64,000 nucleotides of DNA. Source: Chloroflexota bacterium (GTDB lineage: Bacteria > Chloroflexota > Dehalococcoidia > UBA2979). The stretch is from NCBI GenBank assembly GCA_027593235.1, contig JAQCIU010000005.1, forward strand, positions 70,129 to 134,128. The letters run 5' to 3'. The translations under genes and the position numbers were made by a program. Position 1 is the first letter of the stretch, and each line of letters opens with the position of its first letter. The notes under the pieces are model-generated. The model had not been told where the DNA came from. It did no database searches and saw nothing but the letters and a program-made list of their open reading frames with translations. Positions 20,373-30,645 of the stretch are shown in pieces.

Positions 20373-21170
20373 ATGACCGCTTCGGCTCGAATCGCTCGGC
20401 TCTACCGCTGCCCCGTCAAAGGCCTGACACCCACCCTGGCCGACTCGCTCGCGGTTGCCGCGGACGGAGCCGTCGAGGGCGACCGCGTGCTCGGCTTCCT
20501 GTTCGCCGATGCCGGCGAGCCCGATGAGGCCGGCTGGCGCGGCAAGACTTCGTTTCTTTCGATGCAGAACACGCCAGCGCTCGCGCTCGTCAGCTCGCAC
20601 TACGACGCCGTGACGCACCGGCTCTCACTCAAGTACGACGGGTCCGAGGTCATTTCGGGCGACGTCACGGTCGACGCAGACCGCGCGCGAATCATCGATG
20701 CAGTGACGGCGCTGGCGCTCGGATTCGAGGCGAACCCGCTCGCGGGTCACGAGTCACGGCTACCGCTGCAACTGGCCGGTGACGGAGTGACGCCCCGTTT
20801 CCACGATCGGAAGTCGCACCACGTCACGCTCGTCGCCTCCGCGAGCATGGAGGCGCTCGCAGAGCGCATCGGCAACGAGGTCGACGAACGACGGTTCCGG
20901 ATGAACGCCACGATCGACGGCCTGGAACCGTGGGCCGAACTCACCTGGATCGGGCAAGCGATCCGGATCGGCGACACGACCTACGACGTCACCGGCCCCG
21001 TGGTTCGCTGCCTCGCCACGCACGCCAACCCGGTCACCGGGGTGCGCGATCAAGACGTGATGCAAACGCTCACCCGCGAGTTCGGTCACGAACGCCCAAC
21101 GATGGGCGTCCTCGCCGTCCCGCGAGGTGCCGCCACGCTCCACGTCGGCGACGAGGTCAGCGTCGGATAG
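20373..21170 (+). CDS. MOSC domain protein
   Basis: YRCPVKG, GDR, RRFRMN, EPWAELTW and VRCLAT. Confidence 0.88.
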   Translation: MTASARIARLYRCPVKGLTPTLADSLAVAADGAVEGDRVLGFLFADAGEPDEAGWRGKTSFLSMQNTPALALVSSHYDAVTHRLSLKYDGSEVISGDVTVDADRARIIDAVTALALGFEANPLAGHESRLPLQLAGDGVTPRFHDRKSHHVTLVASASMEALAERIGNEVDERRFRMNATIDGLEPWAELTWIGQAIRIGDTTYDVTGPVVRCLATHANPVTGVRDQDVMQTLTREFGHERPTMGVLAVPRGAATLHVGDEVSVG

Positions 21171-21218
21171 GGCGGAGGCGACCCGACGTCGCTGCGTCCG
21201 CCCTTGCCGGGAGGCCCC

Positions 21219-23186
21219 CTAGGAAGCGGAGACCATCTTCACCTCGTAGAGCACGAAGCCGCGATCCTCGCCGGCCTGGCCGGCGACGTACTCAACGTTC
21301 GCCTGCTTCGGCGTCCCGTTCTCTTCGTAGATCGCGCTCACCTTCGAGGCGCCCGCGTCCAGCCCTTCCTGGATGAACTCGAACAGGCCCTCGACCGTTC
21401 GGTAGTCCGCGAGCTGATCCGGCGGCAAGTCCGGCCCGTCCATGAAGACACCAGAGCGCAGCGCCGCTCCGCGCACCTGAAGCTCAACCGGTGCCAGCAA
21501 CGCCGGCGCGCAGGAACAGATCCAGTTGAACTCCATGTCGTAGTCGTCCCCGCCGGCGATCGCCCAGCGTGCGCGCGCGGCGCGCAGCGATTCCTGTGGA
21601 TCAGCGAGGTCGTTCGGGGCGGCGACGCTCGATGCCTCGCTCACCGACAGGCTGATCCGGTGGTAGCCGGTCGCGCCGTCCGGCGCCGGCGCATGCCGTT
21701 CCTCGGTTTGGGTTTCGCCATCGCCATCGGTAGCACGGACCTCGACGTCGTACTCACCCGGATGGGCGTCCCACAGCAGGACCCATTGGCGCCAGGTGCT
21801 CTGCGACAACGCCTCGCCCAGCTCCGCCTGCAGCCACTCCGCCGAAGGCGTGTCCGCGCCTCGAGAGGTAATGCGCACCTCGACGCGTTGCACGCTGCGA
21901 GTCCCGCCCCACGCCACGCCCGCGATCGGCAGCGGGCCTGCTGCGACGGACTTCCCGCTGCGCGGGGTGTCGATGCGCGACTGCGTCTTGATCGGCGCCA
22001 GCTTCGCCCAGCCGCGCGGAATCCAGTACGCGTCGTAGCCCTCCAGGGTGTTCAGCTCGATCTCTTTCAGCCACTTCGTCGCGGAGACGTAGCCGTAGAG
22101 CCCCGGCACTACCAGCCGCGCCGGGAACCCGTGCGCCGCCGGCAGCGGCTCGCCGTTCATCCCGATCGCCACCATCGCCGGACGGCCATCGAGCGCGATC
22201 TCCGTGGGGAACCCCGTCGTGAAGTTGTCCACCGATCGACCCACGATCTGCGTCGCGCCCGCCTGCACGCCGGCACGTTCGAGGAGTGACGCCAGTGGCA
22301 CGCCGCGCCAGATCGCGTTACCAACGAGGTCGTCACCGACCTCGTTCGAGACGCATGCAAGCGTGACCGCTTCTTCCAGCGTCGCCAGCTCCAGCAACTC
22401 GTCGAACGTCAGCTCGAACGGGTGGTCGACCATCCCGGTAACCGAAAGCTTCCAGTCCTTGGTGTCGACGCGCGGCACCACCAGCGCCGTATCGATCCGA
22501 TAGAACTGGTCGTTGGGCGTTATCAGCGGAGAGAGGCCATCCACCTCGAACCCGTTCGCGCCCACATCGATATTCGTCGGCGGCAGCGTCACCGCTTCGC
22601 GCTGCGACTCCACGTCCACAGCCGGACCAAGCACCCCACGCCCGACGAACGCGGCAAGCGCGGCGCCGCCGCCGGCCGCCCCGGCGAACTGCAGAAAGCG
22701 GCGGCGATCGGCGACGCCGCGTCCCGGCATCTGCGGCGCTGCGTCAACGTCGCGACGCGACGGCGCCGCCTCCAGCAGGATCGAGAGCGCCGCGGCCCCG
22801 CTCACCGCTGCTACCACCGCGATCAGGATCGCGATCTCCGAGCCGGTCAACGGATCGCGCGTGCCGGCGAGCGCGCCGATCGCCCCGAAGATCGCAAACG
22901 CGACGAAGCCAGCCATCCGGACGCGCCCCGCCAGCGGGCCCAGTAGCGCGCCGATCGCGAGCGCGGCAACCGTCACGGTACCCAGCAGGAACGGCTTGTC
23001 GTTCGTCCCCAGCAGACCGATCGCCCACTTGATCACCGGCCCCGGCGTGCGATCCACGATCACGTCGCCGACCTCGACGATCAGCGAGGCGCCGCCCGTC
23101 ACGCCGGCCGCCAGTTCCGCCATCGCCAGGGCGACCGCCGCTGCCAGCAGGCCCGCGATCGCGTCCGCGCTCTTGCTTCGAATCAT
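21219..23186 (-). CDS. Membrane-anchored sulfite oxidase family molybdoenzyme with an extra C-terminal domain
   Basis: N-terminal TM helices, internal RRRFL, FYRIDTAL, Mo-ligand CVSN, HGFPARL and SATKWL. Start placed at ATG 23186. Confidence 0.88.
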   Translation of the reverse strand: MIRSKSADAIAGLLAAAVALAMAELAAGVTGGASLIVEVGDVIVDRTPGPVIKWAIGLLGTNDKPFLLGTVTVAALAIGALLGPLAGRVRMAGFVAFAIFGAIGALAGTRDPLTGSEIAILIAVVAAVSGAAALSILLEAAPSRRDVDAAPQMPGRGVADRRRFLQFAGAAGGGAALAAFVGRGVLGPAVDVESQREAVTLPPTNIDVGANGFEVDGLSPLITPNDQFYRIDTALVVPRVDTKDWKLSVTGMVDHPFELTFDELLELATLEEAVTLACVSNEVGDDLVGNAIWRGVPLASLLERAGVQAGATQIVGRSVDNFTTGFPTEIALDGRPAMVAIGMNGEPLPAAHGFPARLVVPGLYGYVSATKWLKEIELNTLEGYDAYWIPRGWAKLAPIKTQSRIDTPRSGKSVAAGPLPIAGVAWGGTRSVQRVEVRITSRGADTPSAEWLQAELGEALSQSTWRQWVLLWDAHPGEYDVEVRATDGDGETQTEERHAPAPDGATGYHRISLSVSEASSVAAPNDLADPQESLRAARARWAIAGGDDYDMEFNWICSCAPALLAPVELQVRGAALRSGVFMDGPDLPPDQLADYRTVEGLFEFIQEGLDAGASKVSAIYEENGTPKQANVEYVAGQAGEDRGFVLYEVKMVSAS

Positions 23187-23342
23187 CGTCAATCCCCTCG
23201 GCCCAGATCCGGGCAGTGCGTTGCCCACCCTTCGATTGAACGCGACGCTCCATGCGGAGGTATTACGAACATTGCGACCTACTGACACCGCACCCTGAAC
23301 TTGCCCTCGGAACAGGAGGGCCTCGCACGTACAATGCGCCCG

Positions 23343-23774
23343 ATGACTACTGACGAATCGACGTTCGACCCGGAGGCGATGCGCGCCGGTTCAGCCGCGG
23401 TGGACCGCCTCCCCCGTGAGCGCGATCAGCTCCTGCCCGCCCTTCAGGCGATGCATGACGTGCTGCACTGGCTCCCGCGCGAGGCGATCAGCTACGTCGC
23501 GAGCCACATCCGCGTCCCCGTCTCCGAGGTCTACGCGACCACGACCGCCTACTCCGAACTCCGCCTAGAACCACCCGTCGTCGGGCAGTGGCATGTCTGC
23601 ACCGGCGTCGCCTGCGACCTCGCCGGTGCGAGCGCGCTCCTCGAGGTGACACCAACCGCCGCGCGGATCGACTGCCAGTTCCTCTGTGCGCTCGCCCCGG
23701 TCGTCGCCGACGAGCACGAGCACCTCTTCGGCCGCGTGACCGCGGACGACTTCCGCGCGCGGACCAGCGCATGA
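23343..23774 (+). CDS. NuoE/FdsG-like 2Fe-2S subunit of NAD-dependent formate dehydrogenase
   Basis: LLPALQ, VCTGVAC and DCQFLCALAP. TACAAT lies 7 nt before ATG 23343. Confidence 0.82.
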   Translation: MTTDESTFDPEAMRAGSAAVDRLPRERDQLLPALQAMHDVLHWLPREAISYVASHIRVPVSEVYATTTAYSELRLEPPVVGQWHVCTGVACDLAGASALLEVTPTAARIDCQFLCALAPVVADEHEHLFGRVTADDFRARTSA

Positions 23775-25249
23775 CCAGCACCGCCCTCGAACCGCTCGCC
23801 CGGCTCCGTGAGCGCTACCCGGCGCCGCGCCTGCCGAGGATCCTCGTGCACCTCGGCACCGCCGGCGATGCCCTCGGCGCCGCGCGCTACGTCGAGGAGT
23901 TGCGAACCGCCCTCGGTGATCGCGCAGATGCCGTCTACGAGGCGGCGTCCGATGGCGCGAACTGGGCCGCGCCCTCCGCCACCGTCTTCCAGGGCACCTA
24001 CACGCGCCGCTTCGACCGCCTCGACCTCAACGGCATCGACAACGTCGTCGCCTGCTTCAACGGCGACTGCGGCGACGAGGCCAACTACGCCGGTACCGGT
24101 GCGCGCGGACTGACCGCACGCCTCGGACGGAACAACGGCACGCTCGGCGACGTGCTGGCGCAGGGCGCGTACGTGGCGCTCGACCGCGCGCTCGGCATCA
24201 CGCCGGATCAGCTCCTCCACTCAATCGAGGTCGGCGGCTTCACCGGCCGCGGCGGCGCGCACTTTCCGGTCGCCAGCAAGTGGCGCTTCGCCGCCGCCCA
24301 CAGCGACGAGCCTCGGATGCTGGTCGTCAACGCCGAGGAAGGCGAGCCCGGGGTCTTCAAAGACCGCCACCTGCTCGAGGGTGACCCGCACCGGCTGATC
24401 GAGGGCATCCTGCTGGCGCATCACGCGGTCGGCTTCGAGCGTGCCTACGTCTACATCAACGGTCAGGCAGGCCAGGGGCGCGCCTCATTCGAGCGCGCCC
24501 TCGATCAGGCGCGGGAGGCCGGCATCCTCGATGGCAGCGCCTGGGGGCGCGAGTTTGGCCTCGATATCCACGTGCGCTCCGGCGCGGGCGGCTACGTCTG
24601 CGGCGAGGAATCGGTGATCCTCAACAGCATCGAGGGCGAGCGCCCGGTGCCGCGCACCAAGCCGCCGTTCGCCACCGACCGAGGGCTTTTCGACCGCCCG
24701 ACGGTGATCAACAACGCGGAGACGCTCTGCGCGGTCACGACCGTGTTCGAGAACCCGCCACCACCGACCAAGCTCGTGTCGCTCTCCGGTGACGTGCCGC
24801 GCCCGGGCCTCTACGAGGTCCCGGTCGACGGGGCGACGACCTGGGCCGGACTGCTGGCGATGGCCGGAGCGAATCCACAGAACGTGCAGGCGATTCTCCT
24901 CGGCGGTCCATCCGGCGTGTTTGTGATGCCTGACCAGTTCGAGGACGCCCTCGTGATGCGCGTGCTCGGCGCCGGGGGCACGGTCGTGCTCGGTCCCAAC
25001 GCCGACCTCGCACGCGTCACCCGCGACCTGGCGGCGTACAACATGCGCGAGTCCTGCGGCGAATGCACACCGTGCCGCGAAGGCACGGCGCGGATGGTGC
25101 AACTGCTCGAATCGCCGCGCGAACACCGCGACGAAATCGCCGCGCTGATCGAGGTCATGACCGAAGCCTCGCTCTGCCAACTCGGCGGCATGGCCGGTCG
25201 CCCGGTCCAGTCCGCCCTCGACCAGTTCCCCGCCGCCTTCGAGGACTAA
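23771..25249 (+). CDS. NuoF/FdsB-like FMN/NADH-binding subunit
   Basis: GRGGAHFP, NAEEGEPG, YVCGEE, NNAET and ESCGECTPCREG...LC. ATGA overlap with the upstream gene. Confidence 0.9.
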   Translation: MTSTALEPLARLRERYPAPRLPRILVHLGTAGDALGAARYVEELRTALGDRADAVYEAASDGANWAAPSATVFQGTYTRRFDRLDLNGIDNVVACFNGDCGDEANYAGTGARGLTARLGRNNGTLGDVLAQGAYVALDRALGITPDQLLHSIEVGGFTGRGGAHFPVASKWRFAAAHSDEPRMLVVNAEEGEPGVFKDRHLLEGDPHRLIEGILLAHHAVGFERAYVYINGQAGQGRASFERALDQAREAGILDGSAWGREFGLDIHVRSGAGGYVCGEESVILNSIEGERPVPRTKPPFATDRGLFDRPTVINNAETLCAVTTVFENPPPPTKLVSLSGDVPRPGLYEVPVDGATTWAGLLAMAGANPQNVQAILLGGPSGVFVMPDQFEDALVMRVLGAGGTVVLGPNADLARVTRDLAAYNMRESCGECTPCREGTARMVQLLESPREHRDEIAALIEVMTEASLCQLGGMAGRPVQSALDQFPAAFED

Positions 25250-25280
25250 CTAAGCTGGACACCCGGACGGGAGTCAGAGC

Positions 25281-28115
25281 ATGACCACCACCTCTTCCAA
25301 CGGTGCCGCGCCGATGGCCGTAATCGAAGCCTTCGTCACGGTCACCGTCGACGGCCGTCAGGTCCGTGTGCCGAAGAGCGGCATGCTCCTCGATGCCGTG
25401 AACGCCGCTGGCGCGCCGCTGCCCAACCTCTGCAAGCCCGACGACCGCGGCCCGCTGGGCGCCTGCCGCACCTGCCTCGTCGAGGTCGAGGGCGCGCCCC
25501 GCCTCGCCGCCGCCTGCCACACGCCCGTCGCCGACGGCGCCGTCGTCCTCACTGCCTCGGAACGCGCGACGCGCGTACGGCGCGGCGTGCTCGACCTCAC
25601 GATCGGCATGTCCGAGGACGGGCGTGGCCGCGGTCAGGCCGCCGAACAGGCGCGCGCGCACGGTCTCGAGGTCTCCTCGTTCGCCCCGCGCGTCCGCGAA
25701 CCGCGCGACGACTCGAACATCTTCTTCACGCTGAACATGCCCGACTGCATCCTCTGCGGCCGCTGCGTCGATGCCTGCCAGGACACGCAGCACATCGGCG
25801 CGATCGGCATCAACGGGCGCGGCGAGACCGCGCACATCGGCGCCGCCTTCGACTCGCTCTGGGAAGACTCGACCTGTACCTCATGTGGCCAGTGCGTCTC
25901 GCAGTGCCCGACCGGCGCGCTGATGCCCAAGCTCGGCACGCCCGCGGCGGCCAGTCACCGCATCGAGGGCGACGACGAGATCATCCACACGACCTGTCCG
26001 TACTGCGGTGTCGGCTGCGGCCTCCAGGTGCACAAGTCGAGCGGGCAGATCGCCTGGGTCGACGGCGAGCCGGACAACGGCTCCTCCGAGGGCATGACCT
26101 GCGTGAAGGGGCGCTTCGGCCTCGGATTCGCGCAGGACAGCGATCGCCTCACCACCCCGCTCGTCCGCCACGATGGCGAACTACAGCCGGCGAGCTGGGA
26201 CGAAGCGCTCGACCTCGTGGCGCAGCGCTTCGCCGGCGCGGTCGGTTCATTCGCCTCGATCGCCTCGGCGAAGGCGACGAACGAGGACGGCTACGTGCTC
26301 CAGAAGTTCACGCGTGCAGTGATGGGCACCAACTCGATCGACCACTGCTCGCGGCTCTGCCACGCGCCCTCAGTCGTCGCGCTGATGGAGCAGGTCGGCT
26401 CCGGTGCCACCAGCAACTCCTACGAGGACTACGACAACGCCGGCACCCTGCTCGTCGTCGGTAGCGACACCTCGCAGAACCACCCCGTCGTCGCCTCGCG
26501 GATGCGCCGCGCGATCGAGGATCGCGGGGCCGCGCTGATCGTCGTGAACCCGATCCGCATCGACCTCGTCGACAGCGCCGAGGTCCACCTCCAGCCGCGC
26601 CCCGGCACCGATGTGGCGCTCTTCAACGCGATGGCCCACGTGATCCTCGAGGAGGGCCTCGAGAACCGCGACTTCATCGAGTCGCGCACCGAGGACTTCG
26701 AGGCCTGGCATCGCGTCGTCGAGCAGGTGCGCCCGGAGATCGCCGAGGAGATCTGCGGCGTCCCCGCGGACGACATCCGCATCGCGGCACGGCTCTACGC
26801 GCGCCCTCGGCCGGGTCGCGACGGCGAGGAGCGCGGCTCCTGCCTGATCTGGGGGATGGGCGTCACCCAGCACACGATGGGCTCCGACAACGCCCGTGCG
26901 CTGATCAACCTCGCGCTGCTCTGCGGCCAGGTCGGCGGCTTCGGCAACGGCATCTCGCCGCTGCGTGGTCAGAACAACGTGCAGGGCTGCTCCGACTCCG
27001 GCTGCCTCCCGAACGTGATGCCGGGCTACGAGGCGGTCAACGACCTCGAGGTGAACGCGCGCTGGTCCGCCGCCTGGGACACGGAGCTGCCACTCGAGCC
27101 CGGTTTGCAGTCGACCGCGATGATCGAGGCGATGCTCGATGGCTCGCTCAAGACGTTGTACGTCGTCGGCGAGAACCCTCTGATCTCGGATCCCTACCTC
27201 GCCCACGCGCGTGAGGCATTCGAGCACCTCGACTTCCTTGTCGTGCAGGACATCTTCATGCACGAGACCGCGGAGGTCGCCGACGTAGTCCTGCCCGCTG
27301 CCTCCTTCGCCGAGAAGTACGGCACCTTCACCAACAGCGAGCGCCGCGTCCAGCTCGTGCGCCCGATCATCGAGTCCCCCGGCGAGGCTCGCGAGGACTG
27401 GTCGATCACCAACGAGATCGCGCGCCGCGTCCTCAAGCTCCTCGAGCGCCCCGACGACGGCTACCACCACGAAACGGCCGCCGAGATCTTCGACGAAATG
27501 GCGTCGCTCACGCCGATCGTCGCCGGACTTTCACACGAGCGGCTCGACCGCGAAGGTGGCCTCCAGTGGCCGGTCCCCGACGCCGACCACCCCGGCACGC
27601 CCCGCCTCTTCGCCGATGACTTCCCTCGCGGCAAGGGCAAGTTCGTCGCCGTCGAGCAGGGACCGCCGTCGGCCGAGCTGCCCTCGAAGCGGTTCCCGTT
27701 CACGCTGATCACCGGCCGCTCGCTCTACCACTGGCACGGCGGCGTGATCACCCGCCACGTGCCCGGCCTGCTCGCGAGCGTCCCGGTCGTCGCCGTCGAT
27801 ATGCACCCAGACGACGCGAAGCAGCTCGGTGTCTCCGAGGGCGACGACGTCCAACTCGCCTCGCGCCGAGGCGAAATCATCGCCGAGGTCCACATCGGCG
27901 ACCGGATGCGCCGCGGCGAACTGTTTGTGCCGTTCGTTCAGCTCGAAGGCGTCGCCGCCAACTTCCTCACGAACGACAAGCTCGACGCGGCCGCCGGCAT
28001 CCCCGAGTACAAGGCGTGCGCTGTGCGGGTCGAGGCGCCCGGCACGCCCTCGCGGAAGGGCCGTGGACCTCGGATGCAGCGCAAAGGCGCACCGGCGATC
28101 GGCGGACGCCCCTAG
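25281..28115 (+). CDS. fdhF: Formate dehydrogenase alpha subunit (Mo/W-bis-PGD, Cys-type)
   Basis: GACRTC, CILCGRC, CTSCGQC, TCPYCGVGC, active site RLCHAPS, RGQNNVQG and PEYK. Confidence 0.92.
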   Translation: MTTTSSNGAAPMAVIEAFVTVTVDGRQVRVPKSGMLLDAVNAAGAPLPNLCKPDDRGPLGACRTCLVEVEGAPRLAAACHTPVADGAVVLTASERATRVRRGVLDLTIGMSEDGRGRGQAAEQARAHGLEVSSFAPRVREPRDDSNIFFTLNMPDCILCGRCVDACQDTQHIGAIGINGRGETAHIGAAFDSLWEDSTCTSCGQCVSQCPTGALMPKLGTPAAASHRIEGDDEIIHTTCPYCGVGCGLQVHKSSGQIAWVDGEPDNGSSEGMTCVKGRFGLGFAQDSDRLTTPLVRHDGELQPASWDEALDLVAQRFAGAVGSFASIASAKATNEDGYVLQKFTRAVMGTNSIDHCSRLCHAPSVVALMEQVGSGATSNSYEDYDNAGTLLVVGSDTSQNHPVVASRMRRAIEDRGAALIVVNPIRIDLVDSAEVHLQPRPGTDVALFNAMAHVILEEGLENRDFIESRTEDFEAWHRVVEQVRPEIAEEICGVPADDIRIAARLYARPRPGRDGEERGSCLIWGMGVTQHTMGSDNARALINLALLCGQVGGFGNGISPLRGQNNVQGCSDSGCLPNVMPGYEAVNDLEVNARWSAAWDTELPLEPGLQSTAMIEAMLDGSLKTLYVVGENPLISDPYLAHAREAFEHLDFLVVQDIFMHETAEVADVVLPAASFAEKYGTFTNSERRVQLVRPIIESPGEAREDWSITNEIARRVLKLLERPDDGYHHETAAEIFDEMASLTPIVAGLSHERLDREGGLQWPVPDADHPGTPRLFADDFPRGKGKFVAVEQGPPSAELPSKRFPFTLITGRSLYHWHGGVITRHVPGLLASVPVVAVDMHPDDAKQLGVSEGDDVQLASRRGEIIAEVHIGDRMRRGELFVPFVQLEGVAANFLTNDKLDAAAGIPEYKACAVRVEAPGTPSRKGRGPRMQRKGAPAIGGRP

Positions 28116-28241
28116 CGCATCGAGCGCCCTCGGGCCCCTCGGCGCTCCGCGAGCGTCGCCAGGTGGTCGCTGTTTGGCTCGCGTGAGATCACGGGCGGAT
28201 CACCGTCGCCCCTTCGCCCACCCTCTGTCAGACTCCGTGGC

Positions 28242-28664
28242 GTGAACGAAATGCGCCTGCCCGATCACCTCGATCAGCATCATGTCCTCGAGCTGATGGT
28301 CGACCACGCCCGGAATGCCATCCTGCTGATCGGTACCGGGCGACGCTCGCTCTACGTGAACCGGGCGTTCCTCGATCTCACCGGGTACAGCTACGACGAA
28401 TGGATGGACCTCAAGCACAGTTGGTCACTGACCCCGGAGCGAGATCAGGCCGAGACAGGCAAGCGCCTCAATGCCGCGATCCAGAACGGCTCCACGGACT
28501 TCCGGCTGCGTCCCGTCGTGCGGAAGGACGGCAGCGAGGTCTGGGCCGAAGGTTGTATGACCCGACTGCCGATCGCCGGCGAGGGCCTGCTGTTCGCGGA
28601 GTTCCGGCCACCTCCGATGGACCCGCCGGACGGCGGCATCGCCTGGATCCCCACCGCCCCGTAG
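28242..28664 (+). CDS. Stand-alone PAS domain protein
   Basis: YVNRAFLDLTGYS and RKDGSEVW; no output domain. Confidence 0.8.
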   Translation: MNEMRLPDHLDQHHVLELMVDHARNAILLIGTGRRSLYVNRAFLDLTGYSYDEWMDLKHSWSLTPERDQAETGKRLNAAIQNGSTDFRLRPVVRKDGSEVWAEGCMTRLPIAGEGLLFAEFRPPPMDPPDGGIAWIPTAP

Positions 28665-28676
28665 TCCCCAGTTCGA

Positions 28677-29096
28677 TCACGCCTGTCGCGGCCGCCGAAT
28701 CACAATCGAGGCGAACAGCGACACCAGCGAGATGATGAGCGCTCCGAAGAACGCCGACTGGAACCCGTCCACCGTGAACTCCAGGCTGAGCTGACCGGCA
28801 ACCCACGCCGTGGCGCCCAGCAGCGCGGTGTTGATCACGAGGACGAACAACCCGAACGTCGCGACGATCACACAGCACGACACCAGCATCGCCAGCGGCT
28901 TCAGCAGCATGTTGACGATCGCGAAGATCGCCGTCCCCGCGACCAGCGATTGCCAGTCCCCAATCTCGATCCCAGGGACGATCACGCCCGCCAGGAACAG
29001 CCCCACGCCGTTCACGAGAAACCTCAGCAGCCACACCGAGGGCGGCGCGTCGCCCGGGTTCTCCGCGTTGAATCGATGGACCCGGTAGCCGCTCAC
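28677..29096 (-). CDS. Phage-holin-4/YvlD-like membrane protein
   Basis: VNMLLKP, TFGLFVLVINT and AFFGALII. GTG start overlaps the upstream stop. Confidence 0.82.
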   Translation of the reverse strand: MSGYRVHRFNAENPGDAPPSVWLLRFLVNGVGLFLAGVIVPGIEIGDWQSLVAGTAIFAIVNMLLKPLAMLVSCCVIVATFGLFVLVINTALLGATAWVAGQLSLEFTVDGFQSAFFGALIISLVSLFASIVIRRPRQA

Positions 29097-29602
29097 GCCG
29101 TCCCCTTCCCCGCCACCAACCCCTCGAGGGCTTCGAGGTGTTCGAGGTAGTGACCGTACGTGTTCCCGGCGATCGTGTGCCGCGCCTCGAACCCGAGCCA
29201 CGGCACACGCGCCGCGTCGTTGAGATCGGCGTCATCGAGCGACTCGACCAACGCCTCCACGGCGTCGGCCGTCTCCTCGAACTCACGCCGCACTTGCGCC
29301 AACGGCGCGTCGCGGCTGCCGAGAAAGTCGCGCTCGTTCAGCGCGTCGAGCTGCTCGAACGTGTACCCCGCTTCCGGCCCGCTGCGCGAGGTCCCCGCTG
29401 CGCCTTCCGCGAACCAGCGCACCATCCGTCGCTGCCACGCCGTCAGGTGCGCCAGATAATCCTTCGCGGTCCAGCCCTCGGCAGACTCGGCGGTCCATGA
29501 CCGCAACTCCGCGCAGCGTTGGTCCACGCGAGCACGCGCCGCACGGAACCGCGCCAGGCACTCAGCGGTGCTGATCGGCGCGTCTGGATCGTCCGCGACC
29601 AT
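29093..29602 (-). CDS. DinB/ClbS/DfsB four-helix-bundle protein
   Basis: WTAKDYLAHLTAW and NTYGHYLEH. Confidence 0.82.
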   Translation of the reverse strand: MVADDPDAPISTAECLARFRAARARVDQRCAELRSWTAESAEGWTAKDYLAHLTAWQRRMVRWFAEGAAGTSRSGPEAGYTFEQLDALNERDFLGSRDAPLAQVRREFEETADAVEALVESLDDADLNDAARVPWLGFEARHTIAGNTYGHYLEHLEALEGLVAGKGTA

Positions 29603-29607
29603 CGTTG

Positions 29608-30645
29608 CTACACCTCCTCGAGGTTGATCGAGCGCCCCTCCTCGCGGGAGCGGTGCACGGCCTCGGTGATCCGCATGTAGTGGAGGCCATCCTCGAAGCT
29701 CGTGAGCTCGACGGGCTTGTTCTCGCGGATCGAGTCGACGAAGTCCTGCTCCACGTTCCAGCCGATCGCGGTGCCCTCGTCCGGTGTCACCTTCTGCGCC
29801 TCGCCGCCCACCGGCGCCAGCGTCAGATCGTCACCACCGCGCCAGAACAGCGACCCTTCCGATCCGAAGACCGAGATCGAGAGTGGCGGCGCAGCATGCG
29901 CGACCGTGCTGAAGCGGTAGGTCACGCGCGTCCCGCCACGCAGCTCGGCGAAGACTCCCAGGCTGTCCGGCACGTCGACCCAGGCCTCCTCGCCGGTTGC
30001 CTCGTCGCGGCGACGCCGCACGAAAGTCGTGCCGTCCGCGACCACGCGCTCCGTCGCGCCCAGCCAGCGGCTCACGATCTCGGAGAAGATCCCGAACGTC
30101 ATCACGTTCATCCCGGAGAATTCGGTCTGGTGTCGCCAGTGCAGCGGACCGTGCTCGGCGACCCCGGATCCGTTCACCACGTCCACGTGCGCCTCGCGCA
30201 CCTGGCCCAGCACGTTCTCCCGCAGCAGGCGCCGCACCGTCCGCCACACCAGCAGGTCCATCGGCGCCGGCACGAGCTGGGCGACGAGGTCATCGCGCAG
30301 CCTTGAGGCGGCGAGCATCTCGCGCGCCTCGGTGGCGTTCATCGCCATCCGCGCCTCGCAGAGCACGTGCTTGCCAGCCTCCAGCGCGCGCACCGTGTAC
30401 TCGCGGTGCCGGTATGGCCAGGTCCCGATACAGATCGCGTCAATGTCATCCGCCACGAAGATCGCTTCTGGATCCGTCTCCACCCGCGCGATCCCGAACT
30501 GATCGGCGACGCGCCGTCCGCTCTCCTCGGATCGATTCGCTACCGCCACTGCCTGAACGTTCTCGATCGCCAGCAGCCCGGGGAGATGACGGAGCGTCGT
30601 GTTGCCCCCGGCCCCAATGAAACCAACGCGCAGCGGATCCGCCAT
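29608..30645 (-). CDS. Gfo/Idh/MocA oxidoreductase
   Basis: VGFIGAG and GKHVLCE; RBS GGAGA. Confidence 0.88.
   Translation of the reverse strand: MADPLRVGFIGAGGNTTLRHLPGLLAIENVQAVAVANRSEESGRRVADQFGIARVETDPEAIFVADDIDAICIGTWPYRHREYTVRALEAGKHVLCEARMAMNATEAREMLAASRLRDDLVAQLVPAPMDLLVWRTVRRLLRENVLGQVREAHVDVVNGSGVAEHGPLHWRHQTEFSGMNVMTFGIFSEIVSRWLGATERVVADGTTFVRRRRDEATGEEAWVDVPDSLGVFAELRGGTRVTYRFSTVAHAAPPLSISVFGSEGSLFWRGGDDLTLAPVGGEAQKVTPDEGTAIGWNVEQDFVDSIRENKPVELTSFEDGLHYMRITEAVHRSREEGRSINLEEV

Noticed and set aside
26341-26370. Selenocysteine in the FDH active site
   Set aside because: The codon is TGC (Cys) in RLCHAP.
28677-29096. Holin as a prophage marker
   Set aside because: The YvlD-like family is commonly chromosomal, and no phage genes are nearby.
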